Positions 29,159-37,185 of a stretch of DNA of 64,000 bases are shown in pieces. The translations under genes were made by a program, and so were the position numbers. Source of the stretch: an uncultured Saprospiraceae bacterium (GTDB taxonomy: Bacteria; Bacteroidota; Bacteroidia; Chitinophagales; Saprospiraceae); the NCBI GenBank assembly GCA_937923485.1, contig CALDUE010000095.1, positions 619 through 64,618 of the forward strand. Reading direction: 5' to 3'. The number at the start of each line of letters is the position of its first letter. Position 1 is the first letter of the stretch. The notes below the pieces were generated by a model. It was not told the DNA's origin and searched no databases. It was given only the letters and a program-made list of their open reading frames with translations.

Positions 29159-30077
29159 GAATCTAACCAAGGTGTCGTCACTCAATAACAGACATAACGA
29201 GCAAGCTAGCGTTGCGCACAGTGAGTCATTTGATGGCTTACGTGATTTTGCTATGTTGACCAAGATTCGTCTAACGTCAACGGTTGTGTTATCTGCAGCT
29301 CTTGCTTATTTGGTTGCCGCACCGATTTTCAATTGGGCTACTTTTACTGCCATCATCATTGGTGGTTTCGGAACAACCATGGCAGCGAATACGCTAAATC
29401 AGGTTATCGAGAGAGAACATGATCAGCAAATGAAGCGAACGGAGAATCGTCCATTAGCTCAAGGGCGCATGACAGTGTCTCGAGCAGTGCTCGCAGCTGG
29501 ACTTCTCTCGCTAGTTGGGACTATATCCCTAGCCCTTATCAATCCACTAGCTGCACTATTGGGCATGATTGCGCTGCTTAGCTATGCATTTGTCTATACG
29601 CCTATGAAGCGCTACTCAGTAGCAGCGGTGTTTATCGGCACCATCCCTGGCGCAATCCCTGCGCTTATTGGAACGGTAGCAGCAGAAGGATGGATCACAT
29701 CCTTAGGCTGGTCCTTATTCGCTATTCAGGTGCTTTGGCAAATTCCTCACTTCTGGGCCATAGGATGGTTAGGTTTTGACGATTACCAAAAAGCCGGGTT
29801 CAAACTTTTACCAGTAACTGCTACGGGTGAAAGAGATCCGGGAACTGGCCTTCAGTCTATGGTTTATGCACTCGTCCTTGCAGGATTAGTGTGGATTCCA
29901 TTCCAGGCAGGTGGATTTTCATTAGTGGCTGCATCACTCAGCTGTTTAATGGGGTTGGCCTATGCATGGTTCGGCTTTAATCTTTGGCAGAAACGCGACC
30001 GTCCCAGCGCGCTTAAGCTGATGTTCTTTTCACTTGCCTATCTACCGCTTGTATTTACTTTCGGTTGGCTCCTTTAA
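29154..30077 (+). CDS. cyoE: Protohaem IX farnesyltransferase (haem O synthase)
   Basis: UbiA-family pattern (NQVIEREHDQQMKRTENRPL). The true start is uncertain: TTG 29154 or GTG 29172. Confidence 0.9.
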   Translation: MLNLTKVSSLNNRHNEQASVAHSESFDGLRDFAMLTKIRLTSTVVLSAALAYLVAAPIFNWATFTAIIIGGFGTTMAANTLNQVIEREHDQQMKRTENRPLAQGRMTVSRAVLAAGLLSLVGTISLALINPLAALLGMIALLSYAFVYTPMKRYSVAAVFIGTIPGAIPALIGTVAAEGWITSLGWSLFAIQVLWQIPHFWAIGWLGFDDYQKAGFKLLPVTATGERDPGTGLQSMVYALVLAGLVWIPFQAGGFSLVAASLSCLMGLAYAWFGFNLWQKRDRPSALKLMFFSLAYLPLVFTFGWLL

Positions 30078-30086
30078 AGAGAAGAA

Positions 30087-30659
30087 ATGTCCACGACTGG
30101 TCTCATTAGTAGAAATAAGATTCACCCACTACGGTTGGCACTGTTCATCTCGTGTGGAAGTATCCTGATGATGTTTGGAGCACTAACCAGTGCTTATATC
30201 GTACGTCAGTCTGCAGGGAATTGGTTAGAATTTGATCTTCCCACGTTATTTTACGTAAGTACAGGCGCACTATTACTGAGTTCTGTAAGCCTCCAAGCTT
30301 GTTATTCTGCCTTTTTGAAAGGGCATGCGACAATGTATAGAGGCTTGTTAGCTTTGACCTTGGTACTTGGTTTGGCTTTTGTGATACTACAATTTCAAGC
30401 TTGGGAGGCAATGTTTGATGCTGGACTACCTTTGAAGGGTAATCCATCACCAAGTTTTGTCTATGTACTTAGTGGATTACATGCTGCTCACGTTCTCGGA
30501 GGTCTTGTATCTTTGGTCGTAGCTGTAATTCACGGTTTTCGTCTACCTGTGCTAGCAACACCTCGTCGTAAACTGCGCCTTCAACTGACATTGACGTATT
30601 GGCACTTCATGGATTTTCTTTGGATTTATCTCTTGTTGTTTTTTGTTTTGCAGCGATAA
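30087..30659 (+). CDS. Cytochrome c oxidase subunit III family protein (short form)
   Basis: 190 aa, 5 TM, ending ...TYWHFMDFLWIYLLLF, typical of subunit III. Confidence 0.85.
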   Translation: MSTTGLISRNKIHPLRLALFISCGSILMMFGALTSAYIVRQSAGNWLEFDLPTLFYVSTGALLLSSVSLQACYSAFLKGHATMYRGLLALTLVLGLAFVILQFQAWEAMFDAGLPLKGNPSPSFVYVLSGLHAAHVLGGLVSLVVAVIHGFRLPVLATPRRKLRLQLTLTYWHFMDFLWIYLLLFFVLQR

Positions 30660-30692
30660 ACCTAACGTGCCCTAACACGTATTAACTTTCTT

Positions 30693-31574
30693 ATGGCAAC
30701 TGCTACTGAAACCCCTACTGCACCTGATACTCATTCGCAAGAAGCGACATGGGATGGAGCAGGTAAGCCCTTTAGAGTGGGCTATGGCAAATTGATGATG
30801 TGGTATTTCCTCGTCTCAGATGCCTTTACTTTTGCTGGATTTTTGATCGCCTACGGAGCGCTTCGTTTCAGTATGCCAACTTGGCCTGTACCTGATTTCG
30901 TGTTTCAAACACTTCCTTTTGGACTGCATGAATATTTTCCAGATGGTAGTGCACCGCTGATTTTCGTTACCATCATGTCCTTCGTTTTGATTGTCAGCTC
31001 CGTTACGATGGTACGCGCAGTACAAGAGGGCGAGAGAGAGAATAAGTCTGGTGTAGTTAAGTGGATGCTACTCACCATCATTGGTGGCGCAGGATTCTTA
31101 GGCTGTCAAGCTTGGGAGTGGTCTAACCTAATCGGGCACGAGCACATGTCCCTAACAACGAATCCTTTTGGAACACATACTTCAGATGGAGTTTATACGG
31201 TCGATGAGGCTGGTATTCCTTACGCTCCAGGGGCGGAGCGAGAAACATTTGAAACTGGAGAGAGCTACATCATTCATCAGCATGATGGAGAATTCCTACA
31301 GAGAACTTTCCAAACAACAGATCTCCCAGGGGTTGAACAAAAACAAGAATTCGGTCCAAAAGCGTTTGGAGCGCTCTTCTTCTTCATTACAGGCTTTCAT
31401 GGATTTCACGTCTTCTCCGGACTTGTAATTCTGTTGATCATAGCGTTGAACTCGGCTTCGGGTCAATATGTCGCTCGCAAAAATGGATATGAAATGGTCG
31501 AGAAAGTCGGGCTTTACTGGCACTTTGTCGATTTGGTTTGGGTATTTGTCTTCCTCGTTTTCTACTTGATCTAA
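30693..31574 (+). CDS. Cytochrome c oxidase subunit III family protein (long form)
   Basis: 293 aa; GFHGFHVFSG and LYWHFVDLVWVFVF motifs. Confidence 0.85.
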   Translation: MATATETPTAPDTHSQEATWDGAGKPFRVGYGKLMMWYFLVSDAFTFAGFLIAYGALRFSMPTWPVPDFVFQTLPFGLHEYFPDGSAPLIFVTIMSFVLIVSSVTMVRAVQEGERENKSGVVKWMLLTIIGGAGFLGCQAWEWSNLIGHEHMSLTTNPFGTHTSDGVYTVDEAGIPYAPGAERETFETGESYIIHQHDGEFLQRTFQTTDLPGVEQKQEFGPKAFGALFFFITGFHGFHVFSGLVILLIIALNSASGQYVARKNGYEMVEKVGLYWHFVDLVWVFVFLVFYLI

Positions 31575-31644
31575 GACAAACACGAACTCCCTCAACCTGC
31601 TCTCTTAAAGGAGCTTCAATTTCAACTACAACAATTTTATACTA

Positions 31645-32100
31645 ATGGCCGATCACTTGTCATATGAGCAGAGTAAGAAAATGGTCTTTCGTGGACTAGG
31701 TCTTCTTGCAGCAATTACCCTCATTGAAGTTTTCTTTAGTCTAGCGGGTAAAGGTCATATCTCATGGCTAAGTTTTTTATCGGAGGGCAACTTCATGGTC
31801 TATCTGATTGGATTTATTCTCATTGCCTTGTCACTCTACAAAGCAAAGTTCATCATCTACGACTTTATGCACATGAAGTATGAGGCTAAAGGATTGGCGA
31901 TGACTGTGCTACTTCCTGTTGGATTGCTCTTTTGGGGGATGGTTGCATTTTTCCAAGAGGGTAGTGTCTGGGGTGAACGCCGTCAACTTATTCAAGACAA
32001 GAATAACATAGAGGTTCAAGCGGCACCTCCGACCGTTTCTCCAATCGAACGTACAATGATTGAGCAAAAAGCTGTTGAAGTGCGCGGTGAAGACCAGTAG
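31645..32100 (+). CDS. Cytochrome c oxidase subunit IV family protein
   Basis: 151 aa, 3 TM; YKAKFIIYDFMHMKYE resembles the bacterial subunit IV motif. Confidence 0.75.
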   Translation: MADHLSYEQSKKMVFRGLGLLAAITLIEVFFSLAGKGHISWLSFLSEGNFMVYLIGFILIALSLYKAKFIIYDFMHMKYEAKGLAMTVLLPVGLLFWGMVAFFQEGSVWGERRQLIQDKNNIEVQAAPPTVSPIERTMIEQKAVEVRGEDQ

Positions 32101-32183
32101 TCTTTATTAAGACCCAGTCTGTATTCTGGACTATGACGGAGATTTAGCGCATTTCAGCCTCTCATGTAGTTGCTTTGAACATT

Positions 32184-32768
32184 ATGGCAAAACGATCACC
32201 AGTCTGGTTCTCGATGCTCCTCATAGGACTGCTTCTCGTAGCCCTTCCCTTAGGTAGTTTTCTTTATCTAAAGGCTGGAGTAAATTATCGACTTACCTCT
32301 TTAAGTGAACTTGAACCACTCGGCTCTGCAGAGGCTTTTGGCTTGGCAGAAAGCACAGAGGAAAATCCTGTTGTATATCTGCTTTATACAACACCTTCCT
32401 CTCTGCAAGATTCTGTAGCAATCACTGTGGAAAAGGTCCACGAGGCATTCACCCATGAACCTGCTGTAGTATTTGTAGGTATTGGGAAATCATCTTTTCA
32501 GATCATTGAAGATTTGCCGCAATCGCAACAGATAGATCGCACCGATGATAAAGTAGAAGCTTTCAGAAAGCTTACGGCGAACTCTACATTTTGCGAAAAT
32601 GTGCCTCTAGAACACCAGGGCATTTTAGTTGATCGAGAAGGAATGGTACGTAGGTGTTATGACCTGCATAGTGGACCTGATGTCACTCGAATGGTAGAAC
32701 ACCTTACTATTTTGGTTCCACCAGCTCCGATCGAAGACATGATCTTAGAACGAGAGAAAGAATACTAA
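32184..32768 (+). CDS. Membrane-anchored thioredoxin-fold-like protein in the position normally held by SCO, but without CxxxC
   Basis: N-terminal TM helix. ILVDREGMVRRCYD resembles the SCO C-terminal strand. YLLYTTPSSLQDS sits where FTxCPxxCP would be. ATG at 32184 preferred over TTG at 32175. Confidence 0.45.
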   Translation: MAKRSPVWFSMLLIGLLLVALPLGSFLYLKAGVNYRLTSLSELEPLGSAEAFGLAESTEENPVVYLLYTTPSSLQDSVAITVEKVHEAFTHEPAVVFVGIGKSSFQIIEDLPQSQQIDRTDDKVEAFRKLTANSTFCENVPLEHQGILVDREGMVRRCYDLHSGPDVTRMVEHLTILVPPAPIEDMILEREKEY

Positions 32769-33331
32769 TGGACGCAGGATATCCATCAGTTCAGGAGAGA
32801 AGACCAGAGTTGGCGAAGAAGCTTAACAAGTGGGCCTGGGCTATAACAGTTTTTATTACAGTCGCCGTCGTAGGTATGCAGAAGATTGTGATTCCTCTGC
32901 CAGAAGGAGTATCCTTTTTGTGGCTTCCTCCTGTTTACTCAACGCTGAATGCGCTTGCAGGTGTCTGCTTGTTGTTCTCATTGTACTTCATTAAGCAAGG
33001 AGATATAGTGAATCACAAGAAGGCAAATGTGCTAGCTCTGCTACTCTCCGTACTTTTCATACTCGGTTATGTGGCCTATCACATGACTACAGCGTCTACA
33101 AAATTTGGCGGAGAAGGGGCCGCACGGACGTTCTACCTTATTTTGCTTGCTACTCATGTAATATTAGCTGCCATCAGTTTGCCGTTGATTCTATTCACCT
33201 TTATCAAGTCCTATACGGGGCTTATCGTCGAACACAAGAAGATGGCCCGCTGGGTTTATCCAATTTGGCTTTACGTGTGTCTCACTGGGCCTATATGCTA
33301 TTTGATGTTACGTCCATATTACCCAAGCTGA
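32768..33331 (+). CDS. DUF420-family membrane protein (CtaM-like)
   Basis: 187 aa, 4-5 TM, in the usual position at the end of Bacteroidota cox clusters. The ATG overlaps the previous stop (TAATG). Confidence 0.8.
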   Translation: MDAGYPSVQERRPELAKKLNKWAWAITVFITVAVVGMQKIVIPLPEGVSFLWLPPVYSTLNALAGVCLLFSLYFIKQGDIVNHKKANVLALLLSVLFILGYVAYHMTTASTKFGGEGAARTFYLILLATHVILAAISLPLILFTFIKSYTGLIVEHKKMARWVYPIWLYVCLTGPICYLMLRPYYPS

Positions 33332-33366
33332 CAACTTGTTATTCTAACTACTGTTACCTTTGTACT

Positions 33367-33621
33367 ATGCGTAAGCTTCTCTTCATACTATCACTCTTCA
33401 TAGCTGTCTTTTTTGCAGCTCCAACCGAGTCATCAGCGCAGTGCCCAATGTGTAAGATCAGCATGGAAAGCAACCTTAACAATGGAGGTACTGCTGGCAA
33501 GGGACTTAACAAGGGAATCCTTTACCTCTTCAGCATGCCATATCTCATTATTGGTGGTCTTGGGTATTACTGGTATAAGAATCAGAAACTCGTTGAAGGA
33601 GAAGAGTCGAGCGAGAACTAA
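33367..33621 (+). CDS. Small exported membrane-anchored protein with a CPMC motif
   Basis: 84 aa: signal peptide (MRKLLFILSLFIAVFFAAPTESSA), QCPMCK, then a C-terminal TM helix. Start reset from 33265, which overlaps the DUF420 gene. Confidence 0.55.
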   Translation: MRKLLFILSLFIAVFFAAPTESSAQCPMCKISMESNLNNGGTAGKGLNKGILYLFSMPYLIIGGLGYYWYKNQKLVEGEESSEN

Positions 33622-33647
33622 GGCGATTTAATTTCTTAATTTCTTGT

Positions 33648-34085
33648 TTACACATTGCTTTTGCTTGCGTCGAAGGAAAAGGCGATAAGCATCCATGCAA
33701 CGATAAAGGCAAGCCCACCAATTGGTGTGATAGCTCCGGCCCAACCCGCACTTTCAGCTCCTAGTAGTCCTCGCGTAGCAACGAAGTACAAGCTACCGCA
33801 AAATAGAAAGAGGCCGAGACCGAGTGCTTTCCCAGCCCACAAAAGCTTTCCATTCCAACCTCTTAGCGTCCCTAAAAGGTAGACTGCGAGTAACAACAAC
33901 GTGTGTATAAAGTGGTAAAAATTAGCGGTTGAGTAGACCTCAGCTCGTTTTGGCGAAAGCTGACCTTCTAAAGCATGCGCCCCGAATGCTCCCAAGCCTA
34001 CGGCTAGCGCTCCAGATAGGCAAATGAAGAGTAACCAATTATTGGTTTTATCAAGATAGTGACCAGTCGATTTCTGCTTGTCCAT
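33648..34085 (-). CDS. DUF423-family membrane protein
   Basis: 145 aa, 4 TM, with the GAFGAHAL motif. Confidence 0.8.
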   Translation of the reverse strand: MDKQKSTGHYLDKTNNWLLFICLSGALAVGLGAFGAHALEGQLSPKRAEVYSTANFYHFIHTLLLLAVYLLGTLRGWNGKLLWAGKALGLGLFLFCGSLYFVATRGLLGAESAGWAGAITPIGGLAFIVAWMLIAFSFDASKSNV

Positions 34086-34761
34086 TTGTTTTCAAGTATT
34101 GATTAGCTTTTGAGAAATGCTTGCTTCCAAAATAAGCTCCTCTCGCGAGGGGACTGGGATGGGCTGCCTCTAAGATCAGGTGTTTTGTCTCGTCGATAAG
34201 TTCAGACTTCGCTCTTGCAGAATTGCCCCAAAGCATAAAGACCAGGCCTTCACGCTGTTGCGACAACGTCTGAATTACTGCATCAGTAAAGAAATGCCAG
34301 CCAACTTTTTGATGACTTTTGGGTGTCTTCTTTCGAACGGTCAAGATGGTGTTTAGAAGAAATACGCCCTGTTCAGCCCAAGAACTCAAGTCTCCATGAC
34401 TTGGCATCTTAATCGCCACATCTTCAATCATCTCTTTGTAGATGTTGCGCAAAGAAGGGGGGATTCGAACATGTGGAGGAACGCTAAAGGAGAGACCCAT
34501 CGCTTCGCCCGGGTTGTGATAGGGGTCTTGTCCAAGAATGACAACTTTGACCTCCGAAAAAGGAGTTTTGGCGAAAGCTTGAAAAATTTGAGGGCCGGGA
34601 GGGTAGACTTCAAAACCGTCTAGCTTCTCCTTCTTAAGCTGAGCTACCAGCGCATGGAAATAAGGTTTTCTGAATTCTCCTGCGAGCACTTTCTTCCAAC
34701 TGTCTTCGAGTTTTACGTCGACTGCAGGAAGATTTGTATCAGGCTTAACGGGGCTTGGCAT
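34051..34761 (-). CDS. ung: Uracil-DNA glycosylase
   Basis: VVILGQDPYH and AAHPSPL motifs. Its 3' end overlaps the annotated DUF423 start by 35 nt. Confidence 0.95.
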   Translation of the reverse strand: MPSPVKPDTNLPAVDVKLEDSWKKVLAGEFRKPYFHALVAQLKKEKLDGFEVYPPGPQIFQAFAKTPFSEVKVVILGQDPYHNPGEAMGLSFSVPPHVRIPPSLRNIYKEMIEDVAIKMPSHGDLSSWAEQGVFLLNTILTVRKKTPKSHQKVGWHFFTDAVIQTLSQQREGLVFMLWGNSARAKSELIDETKHLILEAAHPSPLARGAYFGSKHFSKANQYLKTNGQAEIDWSLS

Positions 34762-34843
34762 AAAAAAATCAATTATTCGAGCGACAATGCTACATCATCT
34801 ATGCACAAGAAACGTATCAAGGTGTTAAGTTTGTGCCACAATT

Positions 34844-34920
34844 GGTCCCATAGCTCAGCTGGATAGAGCATCTCACTTCTAATGAGACGGTCACAGGTTC
34901 GAATCCTGTTGGGATCACCA
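34844..34920 (+). tRNA. tRNA-Arg (anticodon TCT) with encoded CCA
   Basis: Hand-folded: acceptor GGTCCCA/TGGGATC, D stem GCTC/GAGC, anticodon stem TCTCA/TGAGA with loop CTTCTAA, T arm ACAGG-TTCGAAT-CCTGT, then A-CCA. Confidence 0.95.
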
Positions 34921-34974
34921 GAGAATCGCGACTGTCCAAGGACAAAAGCGCGATCGAAAAAGAAAAGTCCCAAA

Positions 34975-35442
34975 CCCTTGAAGCTTGCTTCAAAAGGGTT
35001 TGGGGCTTTTCTTTTTCATTAGTGCGAAGCACCTGCCCTAGGGCAGTCGCGCTTTTGACCTTGGAGCCCTACAGGATCAGCGTAGCTAATCCCCTTGAAG
35101 CTTGCTTCAAAAGGGTTTGGGGCTTTTCTTTTTCAGTAGTGCGAAGCACCTGCCGAAAGGCAGTCGCGTTTTTGACCTTGGATCCTTACAGGATCAGCGT
35201 AGCTAATCCCCTTGAAGCTTGCTTTAAAAGGGATTGGGGCTTTTCTTTTTCAGTAGTGCGAAGCACCTGCCCTAGGGCAGTCGCGTTTTTGACCTTGGAT
35301 CCCTACAGGATCAGCGTAGCTAATCCCCTTGAAGCTTGCTTCAAAAGGGATTGGGGCTTTTCTTTTTCAGTAGTGCGAAGCACCTGCCGAAAGGCAGTCG
35401 CGGTTTTGACCTTGTATCCCAACAGGATCAGCGTAGCTAATC
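34975..35442 (+). repeat. Tandem array of four 117 bp units; each carries a terminator-like hairpin plus T-run and a second tetraloop hairpin
   Basis: The unit starts CCCTTGAAGCTTGC recur at 34975, 35092, 35209 and 35326. A diverged leader copy lies at 34921-34974. Confidence 0.9.
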
Positions 35443-35457
35443 CGAGGCGAGTAGGAA

Positions 35458-35630
35458 TGTTGTTTGGTTCAGCGTTCGGCATCATCTTTCTGTGCTGCGC
35501 ACTTCAAAGCCGCTGATTCAAGGTTCTTGGCGAGTACCGATGTTAGACGTCCTACCTCGTCCTGAACGGTGAACCCTGAACAAAAAAAGCTCATGCGTAG
35601 CGTGAGCTTTTTTACTGAACCCTGAACCAA
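35458..35630. mobile_element. MITE-like element related to the outer end of the IS3 copy (tentative)
   Basis: TGTTGTTTGGTTCAG at 35458-35472 is the reverse complement of 841-855. CTGAACCCTGAACCAA at 35615-35630 is identical to 834-849. The two ends are inverted relative to each other. Confidence 0.35.
35582..35613 (-). terminator. Bidirectional-looking rho-independent terminator; serves the M48 gene on the minus strand
   Basis: AAAAAAAGCTCA-TGCGTAGCG-TGAGCTTTTTT. Confidence 0.7.
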
Positions 35631-35664
35631 TCCAGTAGTCCGAGCTAAGCTCGAACTACTGGAT

Positions 35665-36432
35665 TCACCCACCATACTTCACAATAGATTCCCGAATGCG
35701 TTCTCTTCTATTCTCTGGACTTGGGTGAGTGCTTGAAAACTCAGCTTGTCGAGATCCGCCAGAAGCTGCTTCCAAGATATCCATGACGCCGATAAGCGAC
35801 TCTGGTTGATAGCCTGCCTCTATCATGAAGCGAACACCAAGTTCATCGCTCTCCAATTCCTGTTCGCGGCCATAGCTCATGGTCATCAAGTTGGCTACAA
35901 CGCCGGCGATCTGACCTCCACCGTTCCCGCCCATGCCAACGGCCGCAGCACCAGAGAGGCCTTCGGCCAAGCGTTGCTGAGAAATTCTTTCCGCAGAGTG
36001 GCGAGCAACCACATGACCTACTTCATGTCCAAGTACACCGGCCAATTGATTGATGTCTTGGAGTCTTGTATACAAGGCTCGGGTAATGAAAATTTGCCCA
36101 CCTGGCAAGGCGAATGCATTCACGGTATTTGGATCGGCGAGTAGGTGGAAATCATACTGATAAGGAGTGCCTGAAGCAGCAGACTCTTCTACAATTTTGC
36201 GGCCGACCTGATCCACAAGTTGTTGATCCTTAGCGCTGGCATCAAGTCCACCGTGTTGTTGTGCCATTCGAGGAGCAGATTGAACCCCAAGCATGATCTC
36301 TTCTTCTACACTCAATGAGATGCGTTGTTCCTCTCCTGTAACCTCGTTATAGTCGGTATTCATGTAGTAACGGCCCAGCGTAAAAAGAGCCATAACTATC
36401 GCAATTAAGAGCGTGCCTGATATCTTGCGCAT
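35665..36432 (-). CDS. M48-family zinc metallopeptidase, membrane-anchored
   Basis: HEVGHVVARH (HExxH) and an N-terminal TM helix. Start set at MRKISGT (36432). Confidence 0.9.
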   Translation of the reverse strand: MRKISGTLLIAIVMALFTLGRYYMNTDYNEVTGEEQRISLSVEEEIMLGVQSAPRMAQQHGGLDASAKDQQLVDQVGRKIVEESAASGTPYQYDFHLLADPNTVNAFALPGGQIFITRALYTRLQDINQLAGVLGHEVGHVVARHSAERISQQRLAEGLSGAAAVGMGGNGGGQIAGVVANLMTMSYGREQELESDELGVRFMIEAGYQPESLIGVMDILEAASGGSRQAEFSSTHPSPENRRERIRESIVKYGG

Positions 36433-36534
36433 GTTGAGGGTTTTGCCGAAAGGTACATTTTCAATCTTAAACCCTCCACCGCTGAATACTGTTACTTGGG
36501 CAGTTCTTATCACACATAAGCGATTTCGCAAGCT

Positions 36535-37170
36535 TTGAATACATCCACTCCCGCCACAGATCGCTTAGGTCCGAATCTACACGAGCCGCTGATACGCCAA
36601 GGTTCAGCCCAGATTCCTACGCCTCATGGGATTTTTGAACTCATAGCTTTCGCCAAAACAGCAGACGAGCCTATGCCCACCATGGCAATGGTGGCTAGTG
36701 GAACTGACTTTTCTAAGCCCGTGCTCATGAGGTTTCATAGCGAATGCCTGACCGGAGATCTCTTTCATAGCCTTCGGTGTGACTGCGGGGAACAGCTAGA
36801 AGAGGCAATGCGAAAAACAGCTAAGGAAGGAGGTGTCATAATCTACCTCCGACAAGAAGGTCGCGGTATTGGCATCATCAACAAGCTGAAAGCCTATCAA
36901 TTACAGGATAAAGGTGCTGACACGATTGAGGCCAACGAGTTGTTGGGCTTACCAGTAGATAATAGAGAATACGATTCTGCAATAGAAATCATCCAGCAGC
37001 TAGGAATCACCAATGTCCGCTTACTCACCAATAATCCGCTCAAGGTTGAAGCTTTCGCCAAAACCAGCGTCAAAGTCGTCGAGCGAGTAGGGCTAGAGAT
37101 TGCCAAGCGTCCTGAAAACGAGCGTTACCTCAATACCAAGCGCGATGACATGGGTCACAAACTGAAATGA
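36535..37170 (+). CDS. ribA: GTP cyclohydrolase II
   Basis: RFHSECLTGDLFHSLRCDCGEQL zinc motif and YLRQEGRGIG. TTG start implied. Confidence 0.9.
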   Translation: MNTSTPATDRLGPNLHEPLIRQGSAQIPTPHGIFELIAFAKTADEPMPTMAMVASGTDFSKPVLMRFHSECLTGDLFHSLRCDCGEQLEEAMRKTAKEGGVIIYLRQEGRGIGIINKLKAYQLQDKGADTIEANELLGLPVDNREYDSAIEIIQQLGITNVRLLTNNPLKVEAFAKTSVKVVERVGLEIAKRPENERYLNTKRDDMGHKLK

Positions 37171-37185
37171 TCAGCAGTATAAGTG

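Noticed and set aside
34975-35442. Possible CRISPR array
   Set aside because: The units are contiguous 117 bp repeats with no unique spacers, and no cas genes are present in the window.
35022-35516. 164 aa ORF running through the 117 bp tandem array, with 39 aa peptide repeats
   Set aside because: The repeat period of 117 is 39 codons, so any stop-free frame stays open across the units. The DNA is dominated by hairpins and T-runs. There is no plausible start context. The ORF most likely exists only because of the repeat.
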